Source of the DNA: Parcubacteria group bacterium
GTDB taxonomy: Bacteria; Patescibacteriota; Minisyncoccia; Moranbacterales; UBA11712
Direction: 5' to 3'
Assembly: GCA_041659685.1 (NCBI GenBank)
Contig: JBAZXV010000006.1
Location: 2,032 to 66,031 of the forward strand
DNA length: 64,000 nt
Within the stretch, counting starts at the first letter, position 1. Each line of letters begins with the position of its first letter. This document shows, one piece after another, positions 55,547-64,000 of this stretch. The notes under the pieces are model-generated. The model did not search any database, was not told the origin of the DNA, and worked only from the letters and a program-made list of their open reading frames with translations. The position numbers and the translations under genes were made by a program.

Positions 55547-56286
55547 AGGAATTAAGATTAAGGAGAAATAAATTCATAGTCAAAGGCGAGAAATATACGG
55601 TTATATTTTGCCATGTGCAGAAGAAATGCGAAATAAACAAAATCTGCAAGAAATTTTCCGCTATAAAAATGGGAGACATAAAAGAGATTAGATCTTGTGC
55701 CCGTTTCATATCAAAGGTGATTATTGAAAGTATCCCTGATTATGCGAAAAACGAATGGGTGATTGCCGGAATTCCGAATGTAATGCCAAGCGCCGCGCAA
55801 TACATTGGCAAAGAGATTTCCAAGCTGCTTAAGAAAAAATATGTTCAGTTGAAAATGAAATCCTGGAAAAATTCGTTGTACTATCTCGATCTAAAGCCAG
55901 GCGATAGGATTAAGGAGTTAAGAAAATTAGTGTATTGCGATGTCAACTTATCCGGTAAGAAAATAATAATAATCGATGACGCAGTTTCTTCCGGATCCGT
56001 TTTAAGGGCTAGCGGAGAAATATTGATTGACAATGGAGCTGAGGATATACGCGCGTTTGCCTTTGTTAAATTTATGGAAGAAAAAAACGCGGAGAAAGAA
56101 GCAAGTCTCTTAAATTATAGATTGAAGGGGGTCAGATATCTGGTCAAAATTGCCGGAGACAGCAGGAATCCTGTCTTATCCCGCATGGTCTCGGTATCCA
56201 AAAACCTTTCTTCGCCGGAATTTTGTTATTTGCTAAAAAACATGACCAGCGGCAGAAGAAAAAAACTCATTCACTATTTAAAATGA
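55543..56286 (+). CDS. Phosphoribosyltransferase-domain protein
   Basis: 247 aa; PRPP-binding motif KIIIIDDAVSSGSVLRASG. Confidence 0.55.
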   Translation: MKELRLRRNKFIVKGEKYTVIFCHVQKKCEINKICKKFSAIKMGDIKEIRSCARFISKVIIESIPDYAKNEWVIAGIPNVMPSAAQYIGKEISKLLKKKYVQLKMKSWKNSLYYLDLKPGDRIKELRKLVYCDVNLSGKKIIIIDDAVSSGSVLRASGEILIDNGAEDIRAFAFVKFMEEKNAEKEASLLNYRLKGVRYLVKIAGDSRNPVLSRMVSVSKNLSSPEFCYLLKNMTSGRRKKLIHYLK

Positions 56287-56335
56287 ATTGATATAAAAAT
56301 AGAACCGGCCTTCCCGCCCCTTCTTTTTTATGGGG

Positions 56336-57055
56336 TTACTGCTTCTTCGCGGTGAGCAGGGCTTCCAAACGGCAGCGGCTGTTGATTTTTATATTCTTAA
56401 ATCCAATCTTTAGCATAACGGCGATTGATTCTTCCGCTCGCATAATAATTTCCGGTTTATTGTCAGTTTTGTAGTGCTCGATCCAGGCCGTTCTAATTTT
56501 TTCGTTCGGCGCTTTATTGAATTGGCGGAGTTGCCATGCGTATTCTTTTCCATACTCTTCTTCGTCATCCGGAACATATTTGTCGGCGTTTATGAAAATT
56601 CCCTGCGGCTGCAAAACACGAAATATTTCCCGAAGAATATTTTCGCGGTAGACTCTTTTGAAGTTATGGAGCGTCATCGCGCTCGCAAGCGAATCAACGC
56701 TTCCGCCGGGAATTCTCCTGAGGTATTTCAGCGCGTCTTCCAAAATCAATTCCAGCCTTCCGCTTGCAATAAAACTATTCAGATTTTTTTCTGCCACCCT
56801 GATCATTTTCGGTTCGTTGTCGATGCTCTCTAATATTATTCTTTTGTCAGCCTTCAGTATTTCAACAGAGGTGAGTCCGGCGCCGGTTCCGATCTCGATA
56901 ACGCTGATTCTCGGGCCGCAAAATTTTTTGAAACCATCTTTCAGTTTTTTCCCGATCATTTTTTGGAACTTGTCCTGATGAGGCGCGGAAAATCGGATGG
57001 AGGCCAGATTTTTTCCCGCCAGCGCTCCGCTGAAACGGCTGTTGTTTTTATTCAT
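56336..57055 (-). CDS. Class I SAM-dependent methyltransferase
   Basis: 239 aa; motif I VIEIGTGAGLTSVEIL. Confidence 0.65.
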   Translation of the reverse strand: MNKNNSRFSGALAGKNLASIRFSAPHQDKFQKMIGKKLKDGFKKFCGPRISVIEIGTGAGLTSVEILKADKRIILESIDNEPKMIRVAEKNLNSFIASGRLELILEDALKYLRRIPGGSVDSLASAMTLHNFKRVYRENILREIFRVLQPQGIFINADKYVPDDEEEYGKEYAWQLRQFNKAPNEKIRTAWIEHYKTDNKPEIIMRAEESIAVMLKIGFKNIKINSRCRLEALLTAKKQ

Positions 57056-57172
57056 ATATAAATTTTAGCATTATTTTAGTTTGTTAAATAGATTTGATTT
57101 CTTCTTTAAAAAATGCTATAATGACAAACAGTAAGATAGCTTAAGAACGGGTGTAAGCCCGTTTTTGCATTT

Positions 57173-57790
57173 TTGGAAAATAGCATGGCTAAAAAGAAAA
57201 AACAAAGAAAAAAAGCGGAAAAAACATTGAAAATCACTCCGAAATATCTCAAAACCCCCGAAGATATATTTTTCGGTCTTTTAGTTGTGATTTCGGTTGT
57301 TTTTGCGACCTTTTGCCTGATGAGCGCAAAAAGCTCCATGCCGGAAGCGAAATCAACGGTTCGCAGCGATAAATCTCCGGAGCTTGAAAATAATATCGAG
57401 AAAATTGTTTCCGGCTATCCGATTGATAAAATGGCGCCGTATATCGCTAAGAAAGACAACAAAGTGGCCGCTTACCTCGTGGCGATCGCCAAAAAAGAAA
57501 GCAACTGGGGAAAAAACACTCCCAAGAAAGACGGCAAAGAATGCTACAATTACTGGGGGTTCAGGGGTTCCTATAATCTGACCGCATCCGGCTATAGCTG
57601 TTTTGATTCTCCCGCCCAGGCGGTCAACGTGGTGGGAAAAAGGATCGGTAATCTGGTGGCGCAGAATATAGACACACCGAGGGAAATGGTGGTTTGGAAG
57701 TGCGGAAAGAGCTGTTCGAGCCACAGTTCGCCGGACGCTTCCAAATGGGTTCGGGACGTAGACTTTTATTACAGGAAACTTTATGATTGA
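57173..57790 (+). CDS. Secreted glucosaminidase-like (FlgJ/LytD-type) cell-wall hydrolase domain protein
   Basis: 205 aa; N-terminal TM anchor; LVAIAKKESNWGKN and YNYWGFRG resemble the ESGWG core of mannosyl-glycoprotein endo-beta-N-acetylglucosaminidase domains. Confidence 0.35.
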   Translation: MENSMAKKKKQRKKAEKTLKITPKYLKTPEDIFFGLLVVISVVFATFCLMSAKSSMPEAKSTVRSDKSPELENNIEKIVSGYPIDKMAPYIAKKDNKVAAYLVAIAKKESNWGKNTPKKDGKECYNYWGFRGSYNLTASGYSCFDSPAQAVNVVGKRIGNLVAQNIDTPREMVVWKCGKSCSSHSSPDASKWVRDVDFYYRKLYD

Positions 57791-57829
57791 AATTAGCGGA
57801 ACTTGATTTAAGGGTTTTCATCATCCAGG

Positions 57830-57851
57830 AAGCGCCGAAAGGCGTTTTTTT
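57830..57851 (+). terminator. Rho-independent terminator
   Basis: AGCGCC-GAAA-GGCGTT followed by TTTTTTG. Confidence 0.5.
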
Positions 57852-57870
57852 GTCGGCTGGGGGGGGGCTA

Positions 57871-57899
57871 TTGACAAGACTTTATTTTGGCAATATACT
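57871..57899 (+). promoter_or_regulatory. Sigma70-like promoter (TTGACA-17-TATACT) for the marR-efflux operon, preceded by a G9 homopolymer tract
   Basis: Consensus boxes; G9 run at 57859-57867 directly abuts the -35 box; AT-rich palindromic segment downstream (a possible MarR operator). Confidence 0.5.
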
Positions 57900-57931
57900 T
57901 AGAAAATCTAAATATTATATATTCTAATGAT

Positions 57932-58351
57932 ATGAAAAAGGAAGATGCCACAAATCAGGCCGTCTCCCTCATATTTTCACTGGGCAGGCAGATCAAGGAA
58001 AGGTTTCAAAACGAAAGGAAAGGCTGGATCTCGGGAATGAATCTTGAAGTGCTGCGCTATATCCGGGAACATAAACCCCTTATGAAAGACATCGCCGATT
58101 ATCTTTGCGTCACGCCTCCCTCTGCCACATCCCTTGTGAATAATTTAGTGAATGATAAGCTGGCGGAGAGAGTCTACGATGAGGAGGACCGGAGAGTTGT
58201 CAGGCTGCAGATAACTGTTCACGGAAAAAACGAACTTATGAAAGGGAAGGAAAGAATAGCGGATCGGATGAAAAAAATTCTGAGTTCGCTTTCCAAAAAG
58301 GAAAAAGAGGATCTGATAAGAATTCTCGAAAAGATATCTAATAACAATTAA
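57932..58351 (+). CDS. MarR-family transcriptional regulator
   Basis: Winged-helix region LEVLRYIREHKPLMKDIADYLCVTPPSATSLVNNLVNDKLAER; ATG at 57932 preferred because the ORF-track start overlaps the promoter -10. Confidence 0.75.
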   Translation: MKKEDATNQAVSLIFSLGRQIKERFQNERKGWISGMNLEVLRYIREHKPLMKDIADYLCVTPPSATSLVNNLVNDKLAERVYDEEDRRVVRLQITVHGKNELMKGKERIADRMKKILSSLSKKEKEDLIRILEKISNNN

Positions 58352-58362
58352 CTGAAAAGGGA

Positions 58363-59439
58363 ATGAATAAAAATATATTCGGAATGAGCCTGGTTGCAAT
58401 ATTGGTAATCGGGGCAATAGTTTCCATTTTCATTTACGGCAACCTTTCCAAGCGGCCGGATTATTCAACGATGCAGGTTGAAAGGGGGGACATTACCCAG
58501 GAAATCAGCCTTGAAGGAAAGATAAGGCCCCGGGACGGTGCCGATTTGGGCTTTGAAAGAGGGGGGAAAATTACAAAATTGACTCACAAAGTCGGAGATT
58601 TTGTGGAAGCCGGAACAGTTTTGGCTCATGCCAACGCCGTTGACCTCCAGGCTCAATACAGCGAGGCAATTGATCTGGCCAAGAGTTCCGAAGCCGATCT
58701 TTTGCAGTATCAGGAACTTTATAAAAAAGAAAAAGCCAAGCTCGATTCCCTCAAAAAAACTGATACCGCAAATTCATCCGACAAGAAAGCGCAAAAAAAA
58801 CAGATTGAAGCCAGCGAGGCGCAGGTAACTTCGCAGGAAGAAAAAGTGGCGGCGGCTTATGCGAATGTCGAAAATGCCAAAGCTCAGATTGATAAGACGG
58901 TTGTCACAGCTCCCTTTGCCGGTGTTATTTCGGCGCAGGACGTCCACGAAGGAGAGGTGGCGCAATCCAATGTCCCGATAATCACGCTTGCCAGCCAAAA
59001 TTCATATAAGATCGAAGCCTTCGCTTCCGAAACGGATGTCCGGAGTCTTAAGGCAGGCGACTCGGCGCGAGGAAATCTTGATGACAGGCCGGAAAGTTAT
59101 TTTGATGCAAAGATAACAGCGGTTGATCCGGCGGAAAGTGAAATCAACGGCATATCAAATTATAAAATTACCCTCAGTCTTTCTGAGAATATTTCCAATC
59201 TTCGATCCGGCGTAGGGGCGAATATTTCTGTTGCGATTCAGAAAAAGAATGGCGTTGTCGCTGTTCCGAAAGACGCTGTCTTTGAAGAAGGCGGGAAAAA
59301 CTTTGTTTACTTTTCGGAAAACGGACTGAGGTTAAAAAGAGAAGTCCAAACCGGCATATACGGATCGAATGGCAATGTTGAGATAATCAGCGGCCTTAAC
59401 GCCGGAGACAGTATATTCATTACGAGATCTAATTCTTAA
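58363..59439 (+). CDS. Efflux periplasmic adaptor subunit (HlyD/EmrA family)
   Basis: 358 aa; N-terminal TM, biotin-lipoyl-like and coiled-coil regions, beta-barrel. Confidence 0.65.
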   Translation: MNKNIFGMSLVAILVIGAIVSIFIYGNLSKRPDYSTMQVERGDITQEISLEGKIRPRDGADLGFERGGKITKLTHKVGDFVEAGTVLAHANAVDLQAQYSEAIDLAKSSEADLLQYQELYKKEKAKLDSLKKTDTANSSDKKAQKKQIEASEAQVTSQEEKVAAAYANVENAKAQIDKTVVTAPFAGVISAQDVHEGEVAQSNVPIITLASQNSYKIEAFASETDVRSLKAGDSARGNLDDRPESYFDAKITAVDPAESEINGISNYKITLSLSENISNLRSGVGANISVAIQKKNGVVAVPKDAVFEEGGKNFVYFSENGLRLKREVQTGIYGSNGNVEIISGLNAGDSIFITRSNS

Positions 59440-59449
59440 GCAAGTCGCT

Positions 59450-60100
59450 ATGGAAAATAACATCAAGGAAAATCGCCTGAAAGAAAAAAGTTCCGGCAGA
59501 AAAAAGCTAATGCTTCTTGCCCTCATCGCATTTGTCGTTGCGGGAGTGGTGGCTATTTTATATCTTTCCCTTTCAAAAAAGCGGATTTACGTTGAGAAAT
59601 CATCGGTTGCCGCTTCTTCAATAGATTTATCTTCGCAAAGCGGGGGAACTTTGCAGAAAATATTCGTCGAAGCGGGAGGCAGAGTCGGGGCGAACGAAGC
59701 CGTCGCCCAAATAGGAAACGATATCGTGAAAACAAAAGAAGCGGGGATTATTATTTCAGCCCAAAATGACATTGGAAAAAATTTTTCTCCCCAGGAAACC
59801 GTGGCCGCCATGGTAAAGCCGGATGATCTTCGGGTTGTCGCCCGAGTGGTGGAGGATAAGGGATTGAGCGATATAAAAGTCGGGCAAACAGCGGTTTTCA
59901 CAGTCGATGCTTTCGGTTCCAAGGAATATTCAGGGGTGGTCGATGAAGTCAGTCCTACTGCAAGAAGCGGAGATGTAGTTTTTAATATTTCCACTGCCCG
60001 GGAAAAGCAGGAGTTTGATGTGAAGATACGTTTCGACGTTAAGGAATATCCGGAGCTCAAGAACGGGATGTCTGCCGAAGCCTGGATTTATAAAGATTAG
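59450..60100 (+). CDS. HlyD-family periplasmic adaptor-like protein (short paralog)
   Basis: 216 aa; N-terminal TM; lipoyl-like half-motifs; operonic with the preceding and following genes. Confidence 0.5.
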   Translation: MENNIKENRLKEKSSGRKKLMLLALIAFVVAGVVAILYLSLSKKRIYVEKSSVAASSIDLSSQSGGTLQKIFVEAGGRVGANEAVAQIGNDIVKTKEAGIIISAQNDIGKNFSPQETVAAMVKPDDLRVVARVVEDKGLSDIKVGQTAVFTVDAFGSKEYSGVVDEVSPTARSGDVVFNISTAREKQEFDVKIRFDVKEYPELKNGMSAEAWIYKD

Positions 60101-60106
60101 ACTCAC

Positions 60107-61612
60107 ATGATCAAAAGACTGAGAAGGATAAAAAATAATCCTGATAATTTTCGCTGGCTCATTCTGCTTACCGTCATTGTTGGAACTTTTTTAGGGAGGC
60201 TCGACCAGACAATTGTCAATCTGGCTCTTCCGAAAATTATTGATGATTTTGGCATTACGGTAACCGCGGCGGGATGGATTGCCACGGCTTATATTCTGGC
60301 TAACGCCATATTTGTTCCTATTTGGGGAAAACTTGGGGATACCATCGGCCGAAAAAAGGTTTACGTTCTGGGATTTTCGATTTTTATTCTCGGATCCGTC
60401 CTCGCGGGGCTTGCCTGGAACTTAAGTTCGATGATTGCCTTCAGAATCATCCAAGCCATTGCCGGTTCGGCAGATTATCCGACAGCGATGGCGATTATTG
60501 CCGTTACATTTCGCGAAGGCAAAGAAAGAGCCCAGGCTCTTGGCATCTGGTCATCGTCTTTTGCGGCTGCCGCGGTGTTCGGTCCGCTTATTGGAGGACC
60601 GCTGATCGACAATTTCGGCTGGCGATCGGTTTTTCTCATTAATTTGCCGGTCGGTATCGTTGGCCTGTTCATGGCCATGGCTTTTATCAGTGAATCTGTT
60701 TCGGGAAAGGTCAGCAAGAAATTCGATTGGTGGGGGGCAATCACGCTTGGATTGGCGCTCTCTGCGTTAGTTCTGGTCCTTGATAAGGGATTGGATTGGG
60801 GCTGGTTTTCCGCCAAAAGCCTGCTTTCATATCTGACAATACTGATTTTTGGCTATATTTTCATTGATATTGAAAAAAAACAAGAAGAGCCGCTTGTCGA
60901 TTTCAAATTCTTCAAAATCGGAACCTTTGTGAACACTCTGGGGAATAATTTTATCGTGTTTATGGGGATGATGGGCGCGATTTTTCTTATTCCTATTTTT
61001 GCCCAAACTTTTTTGGGGTACGATGCCACTCAAACCGGATTTTTGTTTATTCCCATGGCCTTCATAATGATTTTAGCTGCGCCGATCGGAGGAAGCTTAA
61101 GCGGAAAAGTGCAACCCAGATACATCATCGCCGCCAGCACTTTCGTTGCCGCCATCGGACTCTATTTATTTTCAAATCTTGATCCGCGATCTACTGCTTT
61201 CGACATTGTCTGGCCGCTTTCGATCATGGCGTTCGGCCTTGGTTTCGGGATGGCGGAAAGGACAAATATTATCGCCTCCATTGTTCCCCAAAATGAGATC
61301 GGCGTTGCTTCATCCGTTTTGGCGCTGGCCAGGAATATCGCGGGAGCCTTTGGTATTGCCATTTTTGGAACTCTTCTCAATAATTCAATAAACGCAAATG
61401 TGCTTGAAATATCCCGCAACAGTTTTATGAACATGAAAAGCCCCTTAATCGTCAAAGAATTTGTCGGTCTCATAATTCTCAAGTCCCAGGTTGCCGCTTA
61501 CGGAAGAGTTTTTGTTGTGGCATCGATTTTTGTCCTTATTGGGGCGGTGCTGGCTCTTGGAATAGTCGTGAAAAGGAGAATTAAGCCGGCTGAAAACGTT
61601 TTTATTGATTGA
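60107..61612 (+). CDS. MFS transporter, DHA2 (EmrB/QacA) drug-efflux family, 14 TM
   Basis: 501 aa; motif LPKIIDDFGITVTAAGWIATAYILANAIFVPIWGKLGDTIGRKKV; 14 hydrophobic segments. Confidence 0.8.
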   Translation: MIKRLRRIKNNPDNFRWLILLTVIVGTFLGRLDQTIVNLALPKIIDDFGITVTAAGWIATAYILANAIFVPIWGKLGDTIGRKKVYVLGFSIFILGSVLAGLAWNLSSMIAFRIIQAIAGSADYPTAMAIIAVTFREGKERAQALGIWSSSFAAAAVFGPLIGGPLIDNFGWRSVFLINLPVGIVGLFMAMAFISESVSGKVSKKFDWWGAITLGLALSALVLVLDKGLDWGWFSAKSLLSYLTILIFGYIFIDIEKKQEEPLVDFKFFKIGTFVNTLGNNFIVFMGMMGAIFLIPIFAQTFLGYDATQTGFLFIPMAFIMILAAPIGGSLSGKVQPRYIIAASTFVAAIGLYLFSNLDPRSTAFDIVWPLSIMAFGLGFGMAERTNIIASIVPQNEIGVASSVLALARNIAGAFGIAIFGTLLNNSINANVLEISRNSFMNMKSPLIVKEFVGLIILKSQVAAYGRVFVVASIFVLIGAVLALGIVVKRRIKPAENVFID

Positions 61613-61741
61613 TATGCCAGCATCGATTCGAAAACTTTAGTGACAAAATGATAGAATACTGCTAATTTTAAAAGGCGAATATTTTTTGACGGGCTTGACC
61701 GCGAGTCGGCAAAAATTAGCTCATCTCCGTATGAAAAGTAT

Positions 61742-62032
61742 ATGCCAATGAAAATAATTTTCGAAATTAAGAGTAGTAACAAGGTGCGGCTTATGATTTT
61801 TGAATGTGGAAATGAAATTGATTCTTTAAATTGGGAGGAAAAAAATAATCTTTCCCAAAAAATGCTTTCGAAACTGGACCAGATTCTGCGTCGCAACAGG
61901 CTGGGGCTTGACAAAATTTCTGGATACGAGATAATAAGCGAAGTGCCGAAAAGCTGGACAAGCTTCAGGATAACTAAATGTACGTTTGACATTCTTGGGC
62001 TGGCAAAAAATTATCAGCATAAGGCGGTGTAA
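61742..62032 (+). CDS. Hypothetical protein
   Basis: 96 aa ORF; no motif. Confidence 0.3.
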   Translation: MPMKIIFEIKSSNKVRLMIFECGNEIDSLNWEEKNNLSQKMLSKLDQILRRNRLGLDKISGYEIISEVPKSWTSFRITKCTFDILGLAKNYQHKAV

Positions 62033-62254
62033 GGGCCTGATGAATGAAGAATATCGGATTTGCCAAAAAAAGGAAGTTGTGATAGAGTAAAAAGCACGTT
62101 ACTAAAGCACGGGGGATTTGAATAATTTATCTACAGTTAATTAAATATCTTTGCCCTGTGAAATTATTTCACGGGGTGAAACTAAAACCATTCACCAGCC
62201 AGTTTGCTTCCAAGAAATTTTCGAAGTAAACGACATGGGAATGGAGAGTCTTTT

Positions 62255-64000
62255 ATGTCTTTAGGGCCCAAAACTCTCGGGGTGAAAGAGTCTTTCAGCC
62301 CGCAATCCTCTCTCCGAAAGAGGAAATTCTTTAAGCGTCTTCCAATGGTTTCTCTTCCGAATCTCATTGAGGCGCAGATGAACTCCTATGATTGGTTTCT
62401 TAAGGAAGGACTTCGGGAACTTCTTGACGAAATCAATCCGATTAAGGATTTCACCGGGAAAGACTTGGAGCTTTCTTTCGGTGATTACTACCTTGACGAA
62501 CCGAAATACGACGAAAAAACCGCGAAATCAAAAAACATCTCCTTTGAAGCCCCTCTTCGATCCCGAGTGAAACTGCTAAACAAGCAGACGGGCGAAATTA
62601 AGGAGCAGGAAGTTTACCTGGGGGATCTTCCGATCATGACTGATCGGGGAACTTTCGTTATAAACGGTGTGGAGCGAGTCGTTGTCAGCCAGCTCATCAG
62701 GAGTCCGGGTGTGTTTTTTACTATGGATTATCAAAAGGTACAGAGACTCTTCGGCGCAAAGATTATTCCTAATCGGGGAGCTTGGCTTGAAATGGAGACG
62801 GATCTCGATGGGGTTATCTGGGTAAAAATTGACCGGAAAAGGAAAGTGGCCATTTCGTCGCTTCTCCGGGCTTTTGGCATTTCCGGCGACGAAGACATTA
62901 TAAAAACTTTTGCGGATATTAACACGGGAGAGGTGAACTATATTGAGGCGACGATTGAAAAGGACGCGGCCAAAAATCAGGGAGAAGGATTTATGGAGGT
63001 CTATAAAAGAATAAGGCCGGGGGATTTGGCGTCGGTTGATAATGCCAAGCAGATGATTGAGGCCATGTTTTTTAACTTTGACCGATATGATTTCGGAAAG
63101 GTGGGCCGCTACCGGCTTAACCAAAGGCTGGAGATCGATTGTCCCAACGACGAAGACCACAGAATTTTAAGATCGGAAGATCTGATAATGATAATAAAAG
63201 AAATTATCAACCTTAATAATGATCCGATGGCCATCCCGGATGATATCGACCATCTGGGAAACAGGAGAGTCAGATGCGTCGGAGAGTTGGTCCAAAACAA
63301 GTTCCGGGCGGGCCTTGCGCGGCTAGTAAGAAACATTAAGGACCGGATGAGTACCTGTGATCTTGCAACTGTTGTTCCGGGCCAGCTCATAAATTCAAGG
63401 CCGGTTGCGGCGGCGGTCAAAGAATTTTTTGCTTCTTCCCAGCTCTCTCAATTTATGGATCAGGTAAATCCGCTTGCCGAACTTGAACATAAAAGAAGGC
63501 TTTCCGCTATGGGACCGGGAGGACTTACTCGCGAGCGCGCCGGATTTGAGGTTCGCGATGTCCATCACTCCCATTATGGAAGGATATGTCCGGTGCAAAC
63601 GCCGGAAGGACCGAATATCGGACTGGTTAATCATCTGGCCTGTTATGCGCGTATAAATGAATTTGGTTTTGTTGAAACTCCTTATCGAAAAGTGGTTACG
63701 AAGATGGCTGGCAATTCGGAGGATCTTGCAGGAAGAATGCTTTCTCAGGACGTTAAAGATGAAAAAGGAAGCATTGTGGCTTCAAAAGGAGAAAAAATAA
63801 GCGAAGAATTGGCCCAAAAGATAAAAAAGGCGAAAGTTTCCGATGTTTCCATCCGTCCTTATATTACCAAGGAAATCGAATATCTAAATGCCACCATTGA
63901 GGATAGAAAAAGCGTTGCCCATGCGGATGTGGAATCTGATGAGGATGGCAATATTTTGAATGATAACGTGGAAGCCCGTGTTAAAGGACAGCCGGCGATG
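62255..64000 (+). CDS. rpoB: DNA-directed RNA polymerase subunit beta (5' part; continues beyond the window)
   Basis: ATG at 62255; open to the window end (582 codons). Conserved rpoB blocks: PNLIEAQMNSYDWFL, GDLPIMTDRGTFVINGVERVVVSQLIRSPGVFF, and the Rif-region FFASSQLSQFMDQVNPLAELEHKRRLSAMGPGGLTRERAGFEVRDVHHSHYGRICPVQTPEGPNIGL. Missing from the ORF track only because no stop codon falls in the window. Confidence 0.95.
   Translation, partial: MSLGPKTLGVKESFSPQSSLRKRKFFKRLPMVSLPNLIEAQMNSYDWFLKEGLRELLDEINPIKDFTGKDLELSFGDYYLDEPKYDEKTAKSKNISFEAPLRSRVKLLNKQTGEIKEQEVYLGDLPIMTDRGTFVINGVERVVVSQLIRSPGVFFTMDYQKVQRLFGAKIIPNRGAWLEMETDLDGVIWVKIDRKRKVAISSLLRAFGISGDEDIIKTFADINTGEVNYIEATIEKDAAKNQGEGFMEVYKRIRPGDLASVDNAKQMIEAMFFNFDRYDFGKVGRYRLNQRLEIDCPNDEDHRILRSEDLIMIIKEIINLNNDPMAIPDDIDHLGNRRVRCVGELVQNKFRAGLARLVRNIKDRMSTCDLATVVPGQLINSRPVAAAVKEFFASSQLSQFMDQVNPLAELEHKRRLSAMGPGGLTRERAGFEVRDVHHSHYGRICPVQTPEGPNIGLVNHLACYARINEFGFVETPYRKVVTKMAGNSEDLAGRMLSQDVKDEKGSIVASKGEKISEELAQKIKKAKVSDVSIRPYITKEIEYLNATIEDRKSVAHADVESDEDGNILNDNVEARVKGQPAM

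Noticed and set aside
62576-63160. 194-aa minus-strand ORF and other small ORFs at 62182-63656
   Set aside because: They overlap the plus-strand rpoB open frame (62255 to the window end), which has unmistakable RNA polymerase beta motifs.

Overview
This 64 kb window is low-GC and compact, consistent with a Candidate Phyla Radiation (Patescibacteria/Parcubacteria-like) genome. It carries recognisable housekeeping genes interleaved with accessory material.

Housekeeping genes: ftsH (5' partial), tilS, cmk, rpsA, gyrA, rluA-family, rplS, clpP, tig, ppa, nusA, ddl, cca, dut, infB, rbfA, nrnA-like, a family-4 UDG, gpmI, rny, hup and rpoB (3' partial).

Accessory features: a 3D-domain protein gene and an EmrAB-like MarR/HlyD/HlyD/MFS efflux operon.

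RNA genes and repeats: I folded 13 tRNA genes by hand (Leu-UAG, Leu-GAG, Val, Phe, Gly-GCC, Ala-GGC, Arg-CCU, Pro-CGG, Ala-CGC, Ser-CGA, Cys, Leu-UAA, Pro-UGG, Gly-UCC; coordinates are accurate to about 2 nt). There are no rRNA genes and no CRISPR array.

Most notable observations:
1. A ~74-bp structured repeat sits directly 3' of tRNA genes and is followed each time by a duplicated 3' fragment of that tRNA. It occurs in five copies at two distant loci, together with tRNA-like chimeras.
2. A tandem array of VirB2/TrbC-like pilin-module proteins (at least eight modules across six genes). Two have Cys-rich ectodomains, and one is fused to an NlpC/P60 peptidase domain.
3. A ~42-bp twin-hairpin repeat is inserted in frame inside the cca gene, with a second intergenic copy.
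4. A Fic gene is bracketed by 34-bp direct repeats derived from the 3' flank of tRNA-Gly. This lies within a ~7 kb accessory island (Fic, AadA-like nucleotidyltransferase, PEP-mobile-domain protein, phosphoribosyltransferase, methyltransferase).
5. Two paralogous HTH proteins with a LAGLIDADG-like motif each abut a tRNA gene.
6. A small HNH-endonuclease-like ORF carrying an in-frame TAA lies beside a long palindrome between tRNA-Cys and tRNA-Leu.
7. nusA is split by an apparent frameshift.

Several ORF-track entries are artefacts that overlap tRNAs or run antisense to real genes.
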